Shown piece after piece: positions 39,677-53,617 of a stretch of DNA of 64,000 bases; within the stretch, counting starts at the first letter, position 1; the number at the start of each line of letters is the position of its first letter. Position numbers and translations under genes: made by a program. Source of the DNA: Eledone cirrhosa (Eukaryota); NCBI GenBank assembly GCA_964016885.1, contig OZ024746.1:61380001-61444000 (forward strand), in the 5' to 3' direction. Below the pieces are notes generated by a model. That model did not search any database. It was given only the letters and a program-made list of their open reading frames with translations, and was not told where the DNA came from.

Positions 39677-42150
39677 CCTGCAATTTAGTGGTTTGATACA
39701 GATTAGTATGGACTGGCATGAGGAAGGGCTCTCATCTGTAGAATATCTCATCCAAACCATGTCATTATGCTAAAGTGGACTTAAAAACAATGAGAATAAT
39801 GATACAGCATGTGTAAGCTGGCAAAAATGCAATTGAGTATTGTGTAAAATATCAAGGTGATATAAAGATAATTACTTTTACAGGTATATAAAACTTTTAA
39901 AACAACAGCAAATATATTCCACACAAGTGACATTCATACTGGTTTTGATATTTCACTAAGCACAAGGATTATATATTTTAGTAGAAGAATGGAATAGGAT
40001 ATTGTGACACTGTCAGCTATGAATTGGAAGCCAATTTTAGCTTGAACTTGCCTGAGGCCAACTTCATGCTGTTTGACATTCATATTATTGTAAATAATTG
40101 GATTGATTCAAGCTGGTGATTGAAACTAAAACATTTAAATCAATATGATTCACTCTAGAAACTTTTGATGCATGAAACAGCTATCATTTGAAATCCAATA
40201 ATATATGAACATTTATGAAGTGAGTTTCAGAGCTGAAAGTATTAAATTCACTCTTGAGACTTGGTAAACTTGCAGAAATACATGGGAATGATTATAATCT
40301 GATTATCTGATCGAAATAACATTTACATACAACCAATATTTCTGGGGTCATTGCTGTTTAACACCAAGTCATCCATGATTGACCACACCTAAGATTAAAA
40401 TCATTACTTGTTTTTTTTTTAAATCTAGGAATATGTTGTCAATGTTTCATATCTGTTTGAAAATGGTAGGGTCTGATTTGAGGGAATTTGTTGCTATTTC
40501 TAACAGGTGGATCAACCATGTAGGGGCTTCTTCATTGGCTCATGAGGTTGACGCAGTTGCTATATATGTTGAAATATATTACAGGTTAGTGTTTAGGGTG
40601 AAACTAATGCTGTAGAGTGGGAACCCTGAGAAGTTTTAGTGAATGTATGTTAATGTGTGGTAAATTCTGTTAATTTATATTTTCTTAATAATGTGAAACA
40701 CATAAAATAATTGAAACATTTTCTCTCTAAATAGCTTGGCTTTGGGGTCGATAAAATCAAGTACCAGTCAATTACTAAGGTTGATATGATTGACTTTCCT
40801 CTTACCCCAAATTGCTGGCCTTGGGCCAATGTTAGGAAGAATTATTTGTGTGGAATTAGTATAAAACTATAAGAACTCTATCATTATCATCATTTAACGT
40901 GCACTTTCCCTGCTAGCAAGAGTTGGATGGGGCTACTGACACCCCAGACAGAAGAAATGGTCATGTCTTCACACACTTTGTTCTTGTGCAATCTTGATGA
41001 AACCATAAGAACTCTATATCGTAAGCAAAATATTGACTTAACACACCCTCTTCCTGTGCAATCTTCTAATTTTAGTTTTCAAATGAACTCTTTCTGGTGC
41101 AAGTTATAATATTTCAGTTTACAATAGATTTTAATATAGATTAGATTAAACCAGTTTAGATTTGGGTTCAGTAACAAAGTGGTTGGGGGTGCTGTCTAAA
41201 CTATCTTCGAAATATGTACTGAAACAGATTTACTGCTTTGGTTTGGAAGATTGGTAAAATAATAAACTTCTGAAAATTCTAAAAGTAAGATAAATGTGTC
41301 AGAGATATGGCTAGAGCAGTGCCTCACAATTTTATTTTATTTCAAAACTATTATATGATTTTTTAAAAATCACAGAAACTATACATATATTTTATCAACA
41401 ATCTCCAACTCCCTAATTTTAAAAAACATTAAATGAAACAAAAATTGTTCTAGAGAAAGGATATATTTATATAACAAAATACATATAATACTTTTTCAGG
41501 ACCCTGAGGTCCCATGGAAATCATTTAGAACCACAGGTTTAGGATGTAGTATAACCACTGCTTAACGTTTTTGATACCTTCCCAGTTGAAGCTGGCTTTG
41601 GTTCTTTGATACAAAACAATCCATTCCTGCCATTATAATTTCATGCAACCTTTTGTTATGTTCTAAACACTGGCTTAATATTGCGGTTAATGAAAAAGTT
41701 AGTTATTTTATCAAATACAACCAAATGTTTTATTATTTTCCAAATTGAGAGAAACACACAGGTTGTGTATTTAATTAATTAGAAATATGGTGATTTTATA
41801 TAAGAACCTATCTTAGTGATGAAATAATCAATAATTTCAGTAAATCCCTCAAAATTCTTCATTAAGTAACCTAAATAGAGTGTATTTCGTGAAATATATA
41901 GCCATGAAAGGGTGTTAATGTTGAGGTAACACAGTTAAAATAATAGGATGTAAGCTATATGTCAGTTGTTTTAAAACAGAATGGTTTAGTATTATAGTTT
42001 TAGAAAGGCAGTCCCCACTTGTAGATATAGAGATGGTCAGCCAAAATCAGAAGGTTGGAAAGGGACAGTTTACTCATCAGGCTCTAAATCACTAATTTTG
42101 TTGTTGTTTAGCCCCATGTCAACTTTATTGAATTGATCTATCATCACCGT

Positions 42151-42440
42151 GGAGAGACATAGCCTAGTGGTAAGGGTGTTGGACTTATGATCATAATGAC
42201 ATGGGTTCAATTCCTGGGTTGCGTGTTGTGTTCTTGAGCAAAACACTTCATTTTACGTTGCTCCAGTATACTCAGCTGAAAATGAGTACCAGCAATAGCT
42301 GGAGGTTTAACTCTGTGAGGGACTGATGTCCTATCCAGGGGGAAGTCTTGGACTTTCAGTCGCTTCACACCATGAAACCGGGATAAGCACTGACCAAATA
42401 AGCCTTCTGGCTTAAGCCAGACTTTAGACTTTTTTAGACT
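42151..42440 (+). mobile_element. Older tRNA/CORE-like SINE with a third tail type
   Basis: A/B boxes, TTCTTGAGCAAAACACTT, then GGACTGATGTCCTATCCAGGGGG...(AGACTTT)n. Confidence 0.7.
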
Positions 42441-42491
42441 ATGATCACAAATGCTCCAGCCCTGACCATTGAGTCTTTTATTCAGTCATAC

Positions 42492-42657
42492 AGAGGGTCG
42501 GACGCCATGCTTTGATGCTTAGAGTTACGGCCCTTGCCATTCTGAGTTCAAATCCCGCCGAGGTTAACTTTGCCTTTCATCCTTATAGGGTCGATAAAAT
42601 AAAGTACCAGTAATACACTGGGTAATTGCTGGCTTTGTGCCAAAAGAAGAAACAATT
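42492..42657 (+). mobile_element. Meta-domain-like SINE (5'-truncated)
   Basis: GAGTTCAAATCCCGCCGAGGTTAACTTTGCCTTTCATCC. Confidence 0.85.
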
Positions 42658-43109
42658 ATGTGTCTAATTTTACATTAATGTAGTTTTAGATATCATTTTT
42701 TAAGACAGTAGTATATGCTTTAAGGGGGACGTGGTTACTATTTCTATCAGGTCCAGTGATTATGTGGCAGCTTCTTAATGCCATGTAGATATAAGATAAA
42801 GATTTCCCCTAGATAAGACTCAATCTTGATGTATTACAGACAACTTTCTTCATTGGTCAGACAGAATTTTGTTTCCTAGAGACACATTTTAGGATAGGCC
42901 CCAAGATGTGAATTCACAGCTGAAGGTACTGATAGTCCAGTAACTTAGTGACGCTACTCAAACCCACAATAAGAGCATCTATGTGGTCGTTCTACCTGCT
43001 AAAAATAGCAGCCAATCTCCATCAAATCACACCCTATCATATGCAAGCATGAAAAAAAGAAAATGGATGTAAAAACAACAATGATGATGATGATGAAGTC
43101 TAAGCTGTA

Positions 43110-43405
43110 ATAATTGTTTCTACTTTTGGCACAAGGCCAGTAAAATACCCAGTACATTACTGGTACTTTATTTTATCGACCCCGTAAGGATGAAAGGCAA
43201 AGTTAACCTCGGCGGGATTTGAACTCAGAATGGCAAGGGCCGTAACTCTATACATCAAAGCATGGCGTCCGACCCTCTACCGATACTGCCAATCCACGCT
43301 ATAATGATTGTTTCTACATTTGGCACAAGGCCAGCAATTATCCCAGTGTATTACTGGTACTTTATTTTATCGACCCCGTAAGGATGAAAGGCAAAGTTAA
43401 CCTCG
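43110..43405 (-). mobile_element. Two tandem Meta-domain-like SINE copies (full 43110-43297; partial 43303-43405)
   Basis: Reverse complement matches 57939-58125. Confidence 0.85.
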
Positions 43406-43901
43406 TAATAATAATAACTGGTTACATAACAGAAATTTGTATTTAAAAAAGCAAAACAAAAAGAAAAAATGTTAACCTCTCTGCAAATCATAAAAATCCA
43501 TGGGATTGGTTGTTTCTTTGGTTTCTGAAGTGTTAAGCAGTTAGATGAATGATAAATCTGTCTGAGGGTAGGTTGCTGGTCTTATAAGTAGCTTTTATTG
43601 TTGTGGGGAGAATTGTATATAGCATTGAAAACCAACAAATTACTCCTAAATTCCACTGGTCTGATACTGTTTATAATGGTGAATTATACTATACCACCCA
43701 CAACATCTTTTTTAGAATGAAGTGTGCCAATGAGGGAGCAACCCCATATGTGGTCCCTTAATCTTCAGAAACAAACAGCCCAAATTCCTTCATATCACAC
43801 AACACCATACCTTCTTTAATGTCCTAGATATTGTTGTTACAGCTCAAACCTATGTAGGTTTAACTGGCCTCATACCAGATAGATATATTGTAGTCTGAAC
43901 A

Positions 43902-44101
43902 TGTGGGTCGGCTGAAAGATTCATATGCTGACCAAGATACTCTCATGGAATGACCAAATAAGCTTCTTTTTTTTTCAATATAGTCCCAGGAAAGAAACAA
44001 TGCCGTTTTAATAAGAAGAGTTGAAATTAATACATGCAAGATTTCACAGCTCTAGCATCATTCTTTCATAGTCAGCCAACAAACTTTTCAGCTGACCCTC
44101 A
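43902..44101. mobile_element. Mariner-type MITE relic
   Basis: Degenerate TIRs GGGTCGGCTGAAAGATTCATATGCTGAC / GTCAGCCAACAAACTTTTCAGCTGACCC. Confidence 0.65.
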
Positions 44102-44164
44102 TAAAATCCAGGTGATTACTGCTGGAATAACTTTGATCAAAGGTATGCTGGATCAGGGCTGACA

Positions 44165-44342
44165 TAAAGCTGTGATCACTATCTGCTAGAAATAGCAACT
44201 AAATCTTCCTCAAATTACATGTTACTGTCTTTAAAATGACTCATCAGACAATGTAGCCCTGAATAAAAGATGAGATGGCCACAGATGGTACATTTTTCAT
44301 CATAGATATTGCTCTATCGGAGCTGACCTGGTGCTAAACAAC
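44165..44342 (+). repeat. Old dispersed repeat (CCTGCTAGAAATAGCAGCCAAATC family)
   Basis: Related copies near 21950, 24625, 42975, 43735 and 53555, and inverted near 40460, 42690 and 44760. Class not identified. Confidence 0.6.
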
Positions 44343-44451
44343 TTTGAGGTAGTTTTGACCACTGGGTGGTGTTGACCAGTGATGGTGGAGGCCAGTAGTA
44401 ATGGTAGCCATTAATAAAGGTGGTGGTGACCAGTAGTGATGGTAGCCAGTA

Positions 44452-44542
44452 ATAATTGTTTCTACTTTAGGCACAAGGCCAGCAATAACCCAGTGCATTA
44501 CTGGTACTTTATTTTATCGACCCCGTAAGGATGAAAGGCAAA
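44452..44542 (-). mobile_element. Partial Meta-domain-like SINE
   Basis: CTGGTACTTTATTTTATCGACCCCGTAAGGATGAAAGGC. Confidence 0.8.
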
Positions 44543-46419
44543 GAATGGTGGTGGTATGGTGGTAACAGTGAACAGTGTAGTAGAATCTAATGTTTTGACT
44601 GTTGCCCTCCCTCTCAGTGAAAACAAGAGAGAGAGATAGGGGTGTGTTATTGGTAAGACCCAAGTCAATCCTGAATAAGCAGGCTATGATTAAAGATCCC
44701 ACCTTATTTTGAGATATTATGTACCTAGGATTACAATATCCAATGTGCCCTTCCTTTTTCTAAGACACTGGTGTGGAAATGGGGTGATGTGAAGGGAGAT
44801 TTAGCAACTGTTTTTAGTAGGATTATGTAGAGGCTCCATTGTTAGCTTGGGGGAAAAAAAGTGTTGTCACCTGGGCTAGATACAAGTAAATTTATTGACT
44901 AACTGTTGCTGACACAGACCATTCTAGAGTTTACGGTATACCTTAAATTTTTTCTCGAGATTAAAGGCTTATCAGACCCGAGCTTATCCTAGTTCCATGT
45001 GGCGTTAAGTGACTTAAAGTACAAGATGGCGACTATATTAATATTTTTGGCTGAATGGACTGGAGCAACGATCGAACCCAAGACAGCTAAGTGGTGAGAC
45101 TTAACCGTGTGCCTTCATAGTATCCCTTAGATTTAGTTAAATCATCTCCAATCATGTTTTATTAACCACCTGATTGCTATGAACGATATCCTCACGGTCC
45201 GCGGTGTATTTTGATATGAGAAATCATTTTTATCACATATCACACCAATGGTTCCAGTGCTGTTGTATTAGATAAATGTGGGACGGGGTGAGAACTAGAC
45301 TTCCAGATGACATCCTTCCAGATGACATACATAGTAACGGTTCATTTTAACGTGAAATGTGTTATTGTTCTTCTGCCATTTTTACTATATCTATCACCAT
45401 CCACCAACACCATAACATATCGTCAACATTTCAGCTTTTGTTTGTGTTTTTTTCTGGCTAATGTCGTTCCAGTCTTCTAGATTCGTGACAATTCTCTCGT
45501 CTTGGCCACAAATCAATCGTGACTCCTCAAATGGTTCTACAATACACGACACTACATGCACCTCTATCCTTCATTCCTTCCTCTTTTTTCTTTTTCGTTT
45601 ATCATCATCGTTATTATTAGTGTTATTATAATTAGTTTTCTTTATTATGTGTTGCCTTTGTTCGCTTTCTTCACCGCTGTCCTCCTTGTCCAAACTGCCG
45701 TTTCGACGAAAAAACTCGACTGATTCAATACTGAAATGTTCTCACGAAGCTATGCTGATCATACCTTTCTTGTTTTTTCCTTTCCTTTCATTCTTTTTCC
45801 CTTGCTATTTTCAGCGTGTCATTTTAATTTGCTCTTTAAGCACGTAGCATGAAGTGCTAAGGTTAAACTGGGCTTCAACTACCCGCCACTGCCACAACCC
45901 TTCACCATACATACGCGTACTAACAGACAGACAAACACACAAACATTCACACATATACACACTCACAAAACGAGTCCTTTTGCGCTCTGACGCACACGCA
46001 CATACTTGCATGTACATACACGTACCTGCTCTCCCCCTCTCTCTCCCACACACAAACATACACACACACACACCAAACGAGTTCTTCTTCTCAAACATTC
46101 TCGCACACAAACATGTACATGCACGCCAATAGACATGTACACTCATGCACACAAACACTCCAAACTATTTGCATTCTCTATCGCACGCACACATACACAC
46201 ACATTCAACAAACCAGTCCACACACAAAACTACGTCATTCTAGCCTCTTTATATAAACACAAATATAAGACACACATACACACACACACACACGCGCGCG
46301 CGCACACATTCACATACATAGAACCATACCCGCCCAATCTTACGTGATAGAACGATCACATTTTTGCTTGTTTCTTGTTTATTTCTGTTTTCCTCCACCT
46401 TTTCTATCTTATCTCTTTC

Positions 46420-46748
46420 TCTCTCTCTGCTACCCCTTCTCTAGCTGTCTCTCTCTCCCCCTCCTCTAGCTCTCTCTCTCTCTCTGCCACCCCTCCTCTA
46501 GCTCTCTCTCTCTGCCACCCCTCCTCTAGCTCTCTCTCTCTGCCACCCCTCCTCTAGCTCTCTCTCTCTCTGCCACCCCTCCTCTAGCTCTCTCTCTCTC
46601 TCTGCCACCCCTCCTCTAGCTCTCTCTCCCTCTCTGCCACCCCTCCTCTAGCTCTCTCTCTCTCTCTGCCACCCCTCCTCTAGCTCTCTCTCTCTCTCTG
46701 CCACCCCTCCTCTAGCTCTCTCTCTCTCTCTGCCACCCCTCCTCTAAC
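46420..46748. repeat. Minisatellite (CT)nGCCACCCCTCCTCTAG, about 30-bp unit
   Basis: Direct inspection. Confidence 0.92.
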
Positions 46749-47514
46749 TTTCTCTCTGTTAGCTCCGCTTTCTTTTTCTCGTTCCCCTCTCTCTCTCTCG
46801 TTCCTCTCTATTTCGTTTTATGCATCACTCTCTCTCTACCTATCTCTCTACCTACCTCTCTACCTACCCTTCCTCCTTCTCCCGCCTACTCTGTCTCTGT
46901 TTCGTTTTTTCTCTTTCATTTCAGCTCCGGTTTCTACGATTCTCTCCACCTCTCTCTCTCTCTCTATATGCATGTGTGTGTATGTGTATACAGACACATG
47001 CACACACTATCATATTTTCCACTGCCTTTCTCTCTCTCTCTACGCTCTCACTATCTTTCCCCTTCTCTGTTCACGCATTCCTTAATAGCCTGTCTGTCTA
47101 TCCGTCTCTCTATTTTTATTTTCCTTTTCACACACCTTAATTCTTTCTATTGCTCTCAACACACACTTGTTCTCTCCACATTCTTTCATTCTCTCTATTA
47201 TGTTATGCACTCTTGCTATTCTCTGACCACCGTCTTTCTTTCACCCAACTTCTCGCTTTCTCTATTGCCCTTTCATTCTTTTTTTTCTTTTTTTAAACAT
47301 CAATACTTTTCCTACATGTTCTGTCTCTTCACACGTTCATTCTCGTTTTCTCTCATTTCATATTTCTTTTGCCTCAAACAAACTAAAGAATTAAAGAACA
47401 TCCCACGCATACACACAGTCTTTCTAATCGTTGTCTCTTATCACCCCCTCCCCCCCCCCTCCTCCTCCCCCTCTCTCTCTATATATATGTGTATACACAC
47501 GTTTCTTCCACACC

Positions 47515-50230
47515 TCTCCTCTCCCTACACTGTCTCTCTGTCATCCCTGAATCTCTCTCCCTTCTCTCAACGGCCCCTCTGTCTCCTATCCCTACACTGT
47601 CCCTCTGTCTCCTATCCCTACACTGTCACTCTGTCATCTCCCTACATCTCTCTCAATGGCCTCTCTCTCCTTACGCTGTCTCTCTCTCTCCTCTCCCTAC
47701 ACTGTCTCTCTCTCTCTCCTCTCGACACTGTCTCTCTCTCTCCCCCCACACTGTCTCTCTTCCTTCTCCCCTCACTGTCTCTCTCTCTCCCTCACTGTCT
47801 CTCTCTCTCCCTCACTGTCTCTCTCTCTCCCCTCACTGTCTCTCTCTCTCTTCCCTCACTGTCTCTCTCTCTCTCCTCTACCTACACTGTCTCTCTTCCT
47901 TCTCCCCTCACTGTCTCTCTCTCTCTCTCCTCTACCTACACTGTCTCTCGTTCTTCTCCACCTACACTGTCTCTCGTTCTTCTCCCCACACTCTCTCCCC
48001 CTTCTCCTTACACTGTCTCTCTCTCTCTCCTCTCGTTACACTGTCTCTCTCCCCTTCGCCTTACACTGTCTCTCTCCCCTTCGCCTTACACTGTCTCTCT
48101 CTTTCCTCTCGTTACACTGTTTCTCTCCCCCTTCTCCCCACACTGTCTCTTCCTTCTCCCCACACTGTCTCTCCCTTCTCCCCACACTGTCTCTCTCCCT
48201 TCTCCCCACACTGTCTCTCTCCCTTCTCCCCACACTGTCTCTCTCCCTTCTCCCCACACTCTCTCCCTTCTCCCCACACTCTCTCTCTCCCTTCTCCCCA
48301 CACTCTCTCTCTCCCTTCTCCCCACACTCTCTCTCTCCCTTCTCCCCACACTCTCTCTCCCTTCTCCCCACACTCTCTCTCTTCCTTCTCCCCACACTGT
48401 CTCTCTCCCTTCTCCCCACACTCTCTCTCTTCCTTCTCCCCACACTCTCTCTCTCCCTTCTCCCCACACTCTCTCTCTCCCTTCTCCCCACACTCTCTCT
48501 CTCCCTTCTCCCCACACTCTCTCTCTCCCTTCTCCCCACACTCTCTCTCTCCCTTCTCCCCACACTCTCTCTCTTCCTTCACCCCACACTGTCTCTCTTC
48601 CTTCACCCCACACTGTCTCTCTCTGTACACCTTCTCCCTGCATGTCTCTCTCCTCTTCCTACACTGTCCTCCTACACCTGTCTCTCTCTCTCTCCCTAAT
48701 TTCTTTCCTCTTCTTACACCGTCTCCTTTCTCCCTACACCCCTCTCCCTACACTGTCTCTCTCTCTCCTCTTCCTATAACCCTCCTTTCTCCCTACACTG
48801 TCTCTCTCTCTCCTCTTCCTATAACTCTCCTTTCTCCCTACACTGTCTCTCCCTACACTGTCTCCCCTCTCCCTACACTGTCTCCCCTCTCCCTACACTG
48901 TCTCCCCTCTCCCTACACTGTCTCTCCTCTCCCCTCACTGTCTCTCTCTCCTCTACCTACACTGTCTCTCTTCCTTCTCCCCTCACTGTCTCTCTCTCTC
49001 TCTCCTCTACCTACACTGTCTCTCGTTCTTCTCCACCTACACTGTCTCTCGTTCTTCTCCCCACACTCTCTCCCCCTTCTCCTTACACTGTCTCTCTCTC
49101 TCTCTCCTCTCGTTACACTGTCTCTCTCCCCTTCGCCTTACACTGTCTCTCTCCCCTTCGCCTTACACTGTCTCTCTCTTTCCTCTCGTTACACTGTTTC
49201 TCTCCCCCTTCTCCCCACACTGTCTCTTCCTTCTCCCCACACTGTCTCTCCCTTCTCCCCACACTGTCTCTCTCCCTTCTCCCCACACTGTCTCTCTCCC
49301 TTCTCCCCACACTCTCTCCCTTCTCCCCACACTCTCTCTCTCCCTTCTCCCCACACTCTCTCTCTCCCTTCTCCCCACACTCTCTCTCTCCCTTCTCCCC
49401 ACACTCTCTCTCCCTTCTCCCCACACTCTCTCTCTTCCTTCTCCCCACACTGTCTCTCTCCCTTCTCCCCACACTCTCTCTCCCTTCTCCCCACACTCTC
49501 TCTCTTCCTTCTCCCCACACTGTCTCTCTCCCTTCTCCCCACACTCTCTCTCTTCCTTCTCCCCACACTCTCTCTCTCCCTTCTCCCCACACTCTCTCTC
49601 TCCCTTCTCCCCACACTCTCTCTCTCCCTTCTCCCCACACTCTCTCTCTCCCTTCTCCCCACACTCTCTCTCTTCCTTCACCCCACACTGTCTCTCTTCC
49701 TTCACCCCACACTGTCTCTCTCTGTACACCTTCTCCCTGCATGTCTCTCTCCTCTTCCTACACTGTCCTCCTACACCTGTCTCTCTCTCTCTCCCTAATT
49801 TCTTTCCTCTTCTTACACCGTCTCCTTTCTCCCTACACCCCTCTCCCTACACTGTCTCTCTCTCTCCTCTTCCTATAACCCTCCTTTCTCCCTACACTGT
49901 CTCTCTCTCTCCTCTTCCTATAACTCTCCTTTCTCCCTACACTGTCTCTCCCTACACTGTCTCCCCTCTCCCTACACTGTCTCCCCTCTCCCTACACTGT
50001 CTCCCCTCTCCCTACACTGTCTCTCCTCTCCCTACACTGTCTCTCTCCTTTCCCTACACTGTCTCTCCTTTCTCACTACACCCATCTCTCTCTCCTCTTC
50101 CTACACCCCTCTCCCTTCTCTCCCTACACTGTCTCTCTCCTTTCTCCCTACACCCCTCTCCTTTCTCTCTCTCCTCTTCCTACACCCCTCTCCCTTCTCT
50201 CTCTCTCTCCTCTCCCTACACTGTGTCTCT
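47515..50230. repeat. Pyrimidine-rich ~24-bp minisatellite with a ~1.1-kb higher-order duplication
   Basis: Unit CCTTCTCCCCACAC(TC)n. A distinctive block at about 48602-48720 recurs at about 49701-49820. Confidence 0.92.
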
Positions 50231-50621
50231 CCTCCTGCTGTATTCTATTACACAACCACAACCATTACCTGCTACTCCACAAAGCGTTATGGCCCAGCGT
50301 GTGCACGTTTGCGTGCATGCTCATTATATGCATATGAGTTACAGAATCTTATCAATTTAGTGGTTCCTGCACAGTCACCAGCTTGCCACTAGCTTCATTT
50401 TTGTTTTGGTGTATGTATGTGTGAGCATTTTTTGGTGTATGTATGTATGTGCTTTTTTTTTTGTGTATGTACGTGCGTTTTTTTGTTTGTTTGTTTTTGT
50501 TTTTGGTTAGTATTATAGAGTTGTTGGTTTGAGATGTAAAGTCTGCTAGTAACTATATCTACCTTCTAACTATTTACCATTATTGATGGAACTCCTTTGT
50601 TCATCTATGATCATAAGGCTA

Positions 50622-50724
50622 CCTCACTCACTCACTCACTCACTCACTCACTCACTCACTCACTCACTCACTCACTCACTCACTCACTCACTCACTCACT
50701 CACTCACTCACTCACTCACTCACT
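50622..50724. repeat. (CTCA)n microsatellite
   Basis: Direct inspection. Confidence 0.97.
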
Positions 50725-51204
50725 CTCTCTGTTAGTGTCAGTACATGTATGTGTGAATACATGTGTATGTACGTATGTATGTATGGTTATTGTATTTATT
50801 TATGTATGGATGTATTTATGTATATGTATGTTTGAACGTCTGCATGTATTTAAGTATGTGTGTGTATGTGTGCATATATGTGTGTATATTTGTATGTATG
50901 CATATATGTGTGTATATTTGTATGTATGCATATATATGTGTATATTTGTATGTATGCATATATATGTGTATATTTGTATGTATGCATATATATGCAATAT
51001 GATTGTATGTGTGTGTGTATATATGATTGTATGTATGTGTGTGTATGTATATTCGTATGTATGAATGTATGGGGTCGATAAAATAAAGTACCAGTAAAAT
51101 AATGAGATTGATGTAATTGATTTTCCCCTGTCCCTAAATTGCTGTCTTTGTACCTAAATTGCTGTCTTTGTACCTAAATTAGAAATCATTATTGTCATAC
51201 AAGT

Positions 51205-51735
51205 GTGGTGGATTGGCAGTATCAGTAGAACATCGGACAACATGCTTTGTGACATATAGTTACATCCCGTCCCACCACCCCCACCCTATCCACGCCACCC
51301 CTTTCAATGTAAAGTTATGTTGCTGCCACAACATCCAGTCCGAAATAAATGAGATCGTGTAGGTGTCACGAAAAAAAAACACACAGCCCACGCTGTAATG
51401 TGGCCGTGTAGGTAACACGGTAAAAACCTCCCAGTCCACACTGTAAACGTGGTTGGTGTTAGGAAGGGCATCCCGCTGCAGAAAACCCGCCAGACAGTCC
51501 TATACGAGCAAGACAACCAATCTTGCCTCAAGTTGGAAAATTCCCGTCCAAACCCATGCTAGCGTGGAAGATGGACGTTAAACGATGATGATGATGATGA
51601 TGTTTATATTCTGAGTTCAAATCCCACCGAAGTTAGCTTTGCCTTTCATCCTTATGGGGTCAATAAATAAAGTACCAGTAATGCACTCGTGTTGATTTAA
51701 AATTGTTGGCTTTGTGCCTAAATCAGAAATCATTA
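51205..51735 (+). mobile_element. Meta-domain-like SINE interrupted by an RTE family B 3'-UTR insertion (about 51263-51602)
   Basis: The SINE head (51205-51262) resumes near 51603 with TTCTGAGTTCAAATCC; the insert ends in (GAT)n. Confidence 0.85.
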
Positions 51736-51952
51736 TCATCATCACAGCTGTTTTTCTATTCTAGCATGGGTTGGACGTGACTTTATGAAGCAATCTTTTT
51801 ACAGTAAGATGTCCCTCTTGAATCCAACCCATACCACAATTTTAAGTATGGTTTATACTACAAACCTCACTTGAACTGTTTATCTGTGGAACACAGATAA
51901 ATGTCACTGCTTTGCTTTAAATGGTATATGTATGAAGATGTAACTCAAACAC

Positions 51953-52097
51953 TCACTCACAAACATCCACACAAACACTCACGCACATCCACACAAACAC
52001 TCACGCACATCCACACAAACACTCACGCACATCCACACAAACACTCACGCACATCCACACAAACACTCACGCACATCCACACAAACACTCACGCACA
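51953..52097. repeat. 22-bp tandem repeat ACAAACACTCACGCACATCCAC (about 6 copies)
   Basis: Direct inspection. Confidence 0.92.
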
Positions 52098-53617
52098 TAT
52101 AAGATGACTGTGTGAAGTATTTAGATGAGAATTTGAAATTTTAATAGAAATATGCTTTATTGCTGCATATAGTGTTATACCTGTTCAACCGATATCAGTA
52201 AAGTAACCTGGTTGTTAAAATGATGATAATGGTTATCAGAAATACCTCCAACTTGGCCTCCAACTTCATGTTCCTGTTCAATTTTTTATCCACTACCTGT
52301 TCTTATTCACTTAATATATCATATCATCCCTGCATGGGACCATTGGTAGAATAATTTCTAATATTGCCCATCAAACTAACAAGCTAAAGACCGAAACACT
52401 TGCTTGAGAATGGTTTCTTCTCTGCAGACCTTTCGTTGTCCAGCTCTTCTGAGAGTTTGTTACTCCTAATCATGTAGATAAAATGGACCCCTTGTCTTTC
52501 TTGACAAAAATTATGAACACTGATGATTTTTTATTCTAAGTCTAATTTCATTTCATAAAATATTTTTATTTGGTTTATTACATAAAGTATTTTAGCCTGA
52601 GCTTAACCATTTTATACCCTCCCGTAGAGAAGTGGATAATTGTCAGAATCACTAAAATTTTAGAGTGCCTTCAATGAGAAATAACATCTTATCTTCAGTT
52701 TCTGAAGCTGTGTTCTTCTGTCTAATTCGTCCATATTTCTCTGATCTCAGTTATTCTTAATTTGCTTGCTCTATTTTTACCATTTTTGATAAAAGAGCTG
52801 TTGTTTAGACTTAGCATTGATCGTGCGGACTTGTAGTCAAAGGTGTTCATGCTGTGACTACTGCATCTTTTCATAGATTTATGACAAACACTACCCAACA
52901 TGTCTCCTCTCTTTAACACATATTGTACGATTTTAGGGAGATGTAACTGCTATTTCTATTATATTGGCTCACTGTGCTGAAAAGATTTAAAGTTGTTGCT
53001 GTAATTAACTCTTTCCACTTGAACATTATCTGCTACACCCATCTTTATAGCTGCCCACACTGTACTTCAGTAAACACTTTGTCCAGTCTTTCCAACAACT
53101 TGTTCTCCCACACACCTTTCACTATATATATATATATATATATACACAATAGTTCAATCTAAACATTAGCATAACTCTACAGTTTCCACACCAGCCTAAC
53201 ACACCGCACCTCACCTCTACTCCAACACTATCCATTCTTGAACAATCAGTTGAAAAGTGTTTATAAACGTGCATACATACATATATGCCCACTTTTTACA
53301 CACTTGTTAGTTATCTGTTGATGTATGTATATATGTATGTAGGTGTGTGTGTGTGTATGTGCGCGTGTGTGGGTGCATATAATTAGGTTTGTTCAGTTTC
53401 TCAAAAAAGCAACCAATATCAAATTAGGCCACTAAGTAGTAAGGAAGGCTGAAAACAACACAACACAACACAAAACTGATTCAATGGGCATGTTTTTAGC
53501 ACACCTACATACATAGCAAAATTCAAGCCAGTGGATGAGCCTCAATGGATTCACTTGACCTGCTAGAGAAAGCAACCAAATCTCTACTATATACATAGAA
53601 AATGTAGGAAACTCAGA

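Noticed and set aside
41315-41918. Possible hAT-like (CAGTG...CACTG) and TTAA MITE relics
   Set aside because: Termini are too short or degenerate to support a call.
46968-49798. S/L/P/H-rich ORFs of 500-770 aa (also 32.6-35.5 kb)
   Set aside because: Translations of pyrimidine-rich minisatellites.
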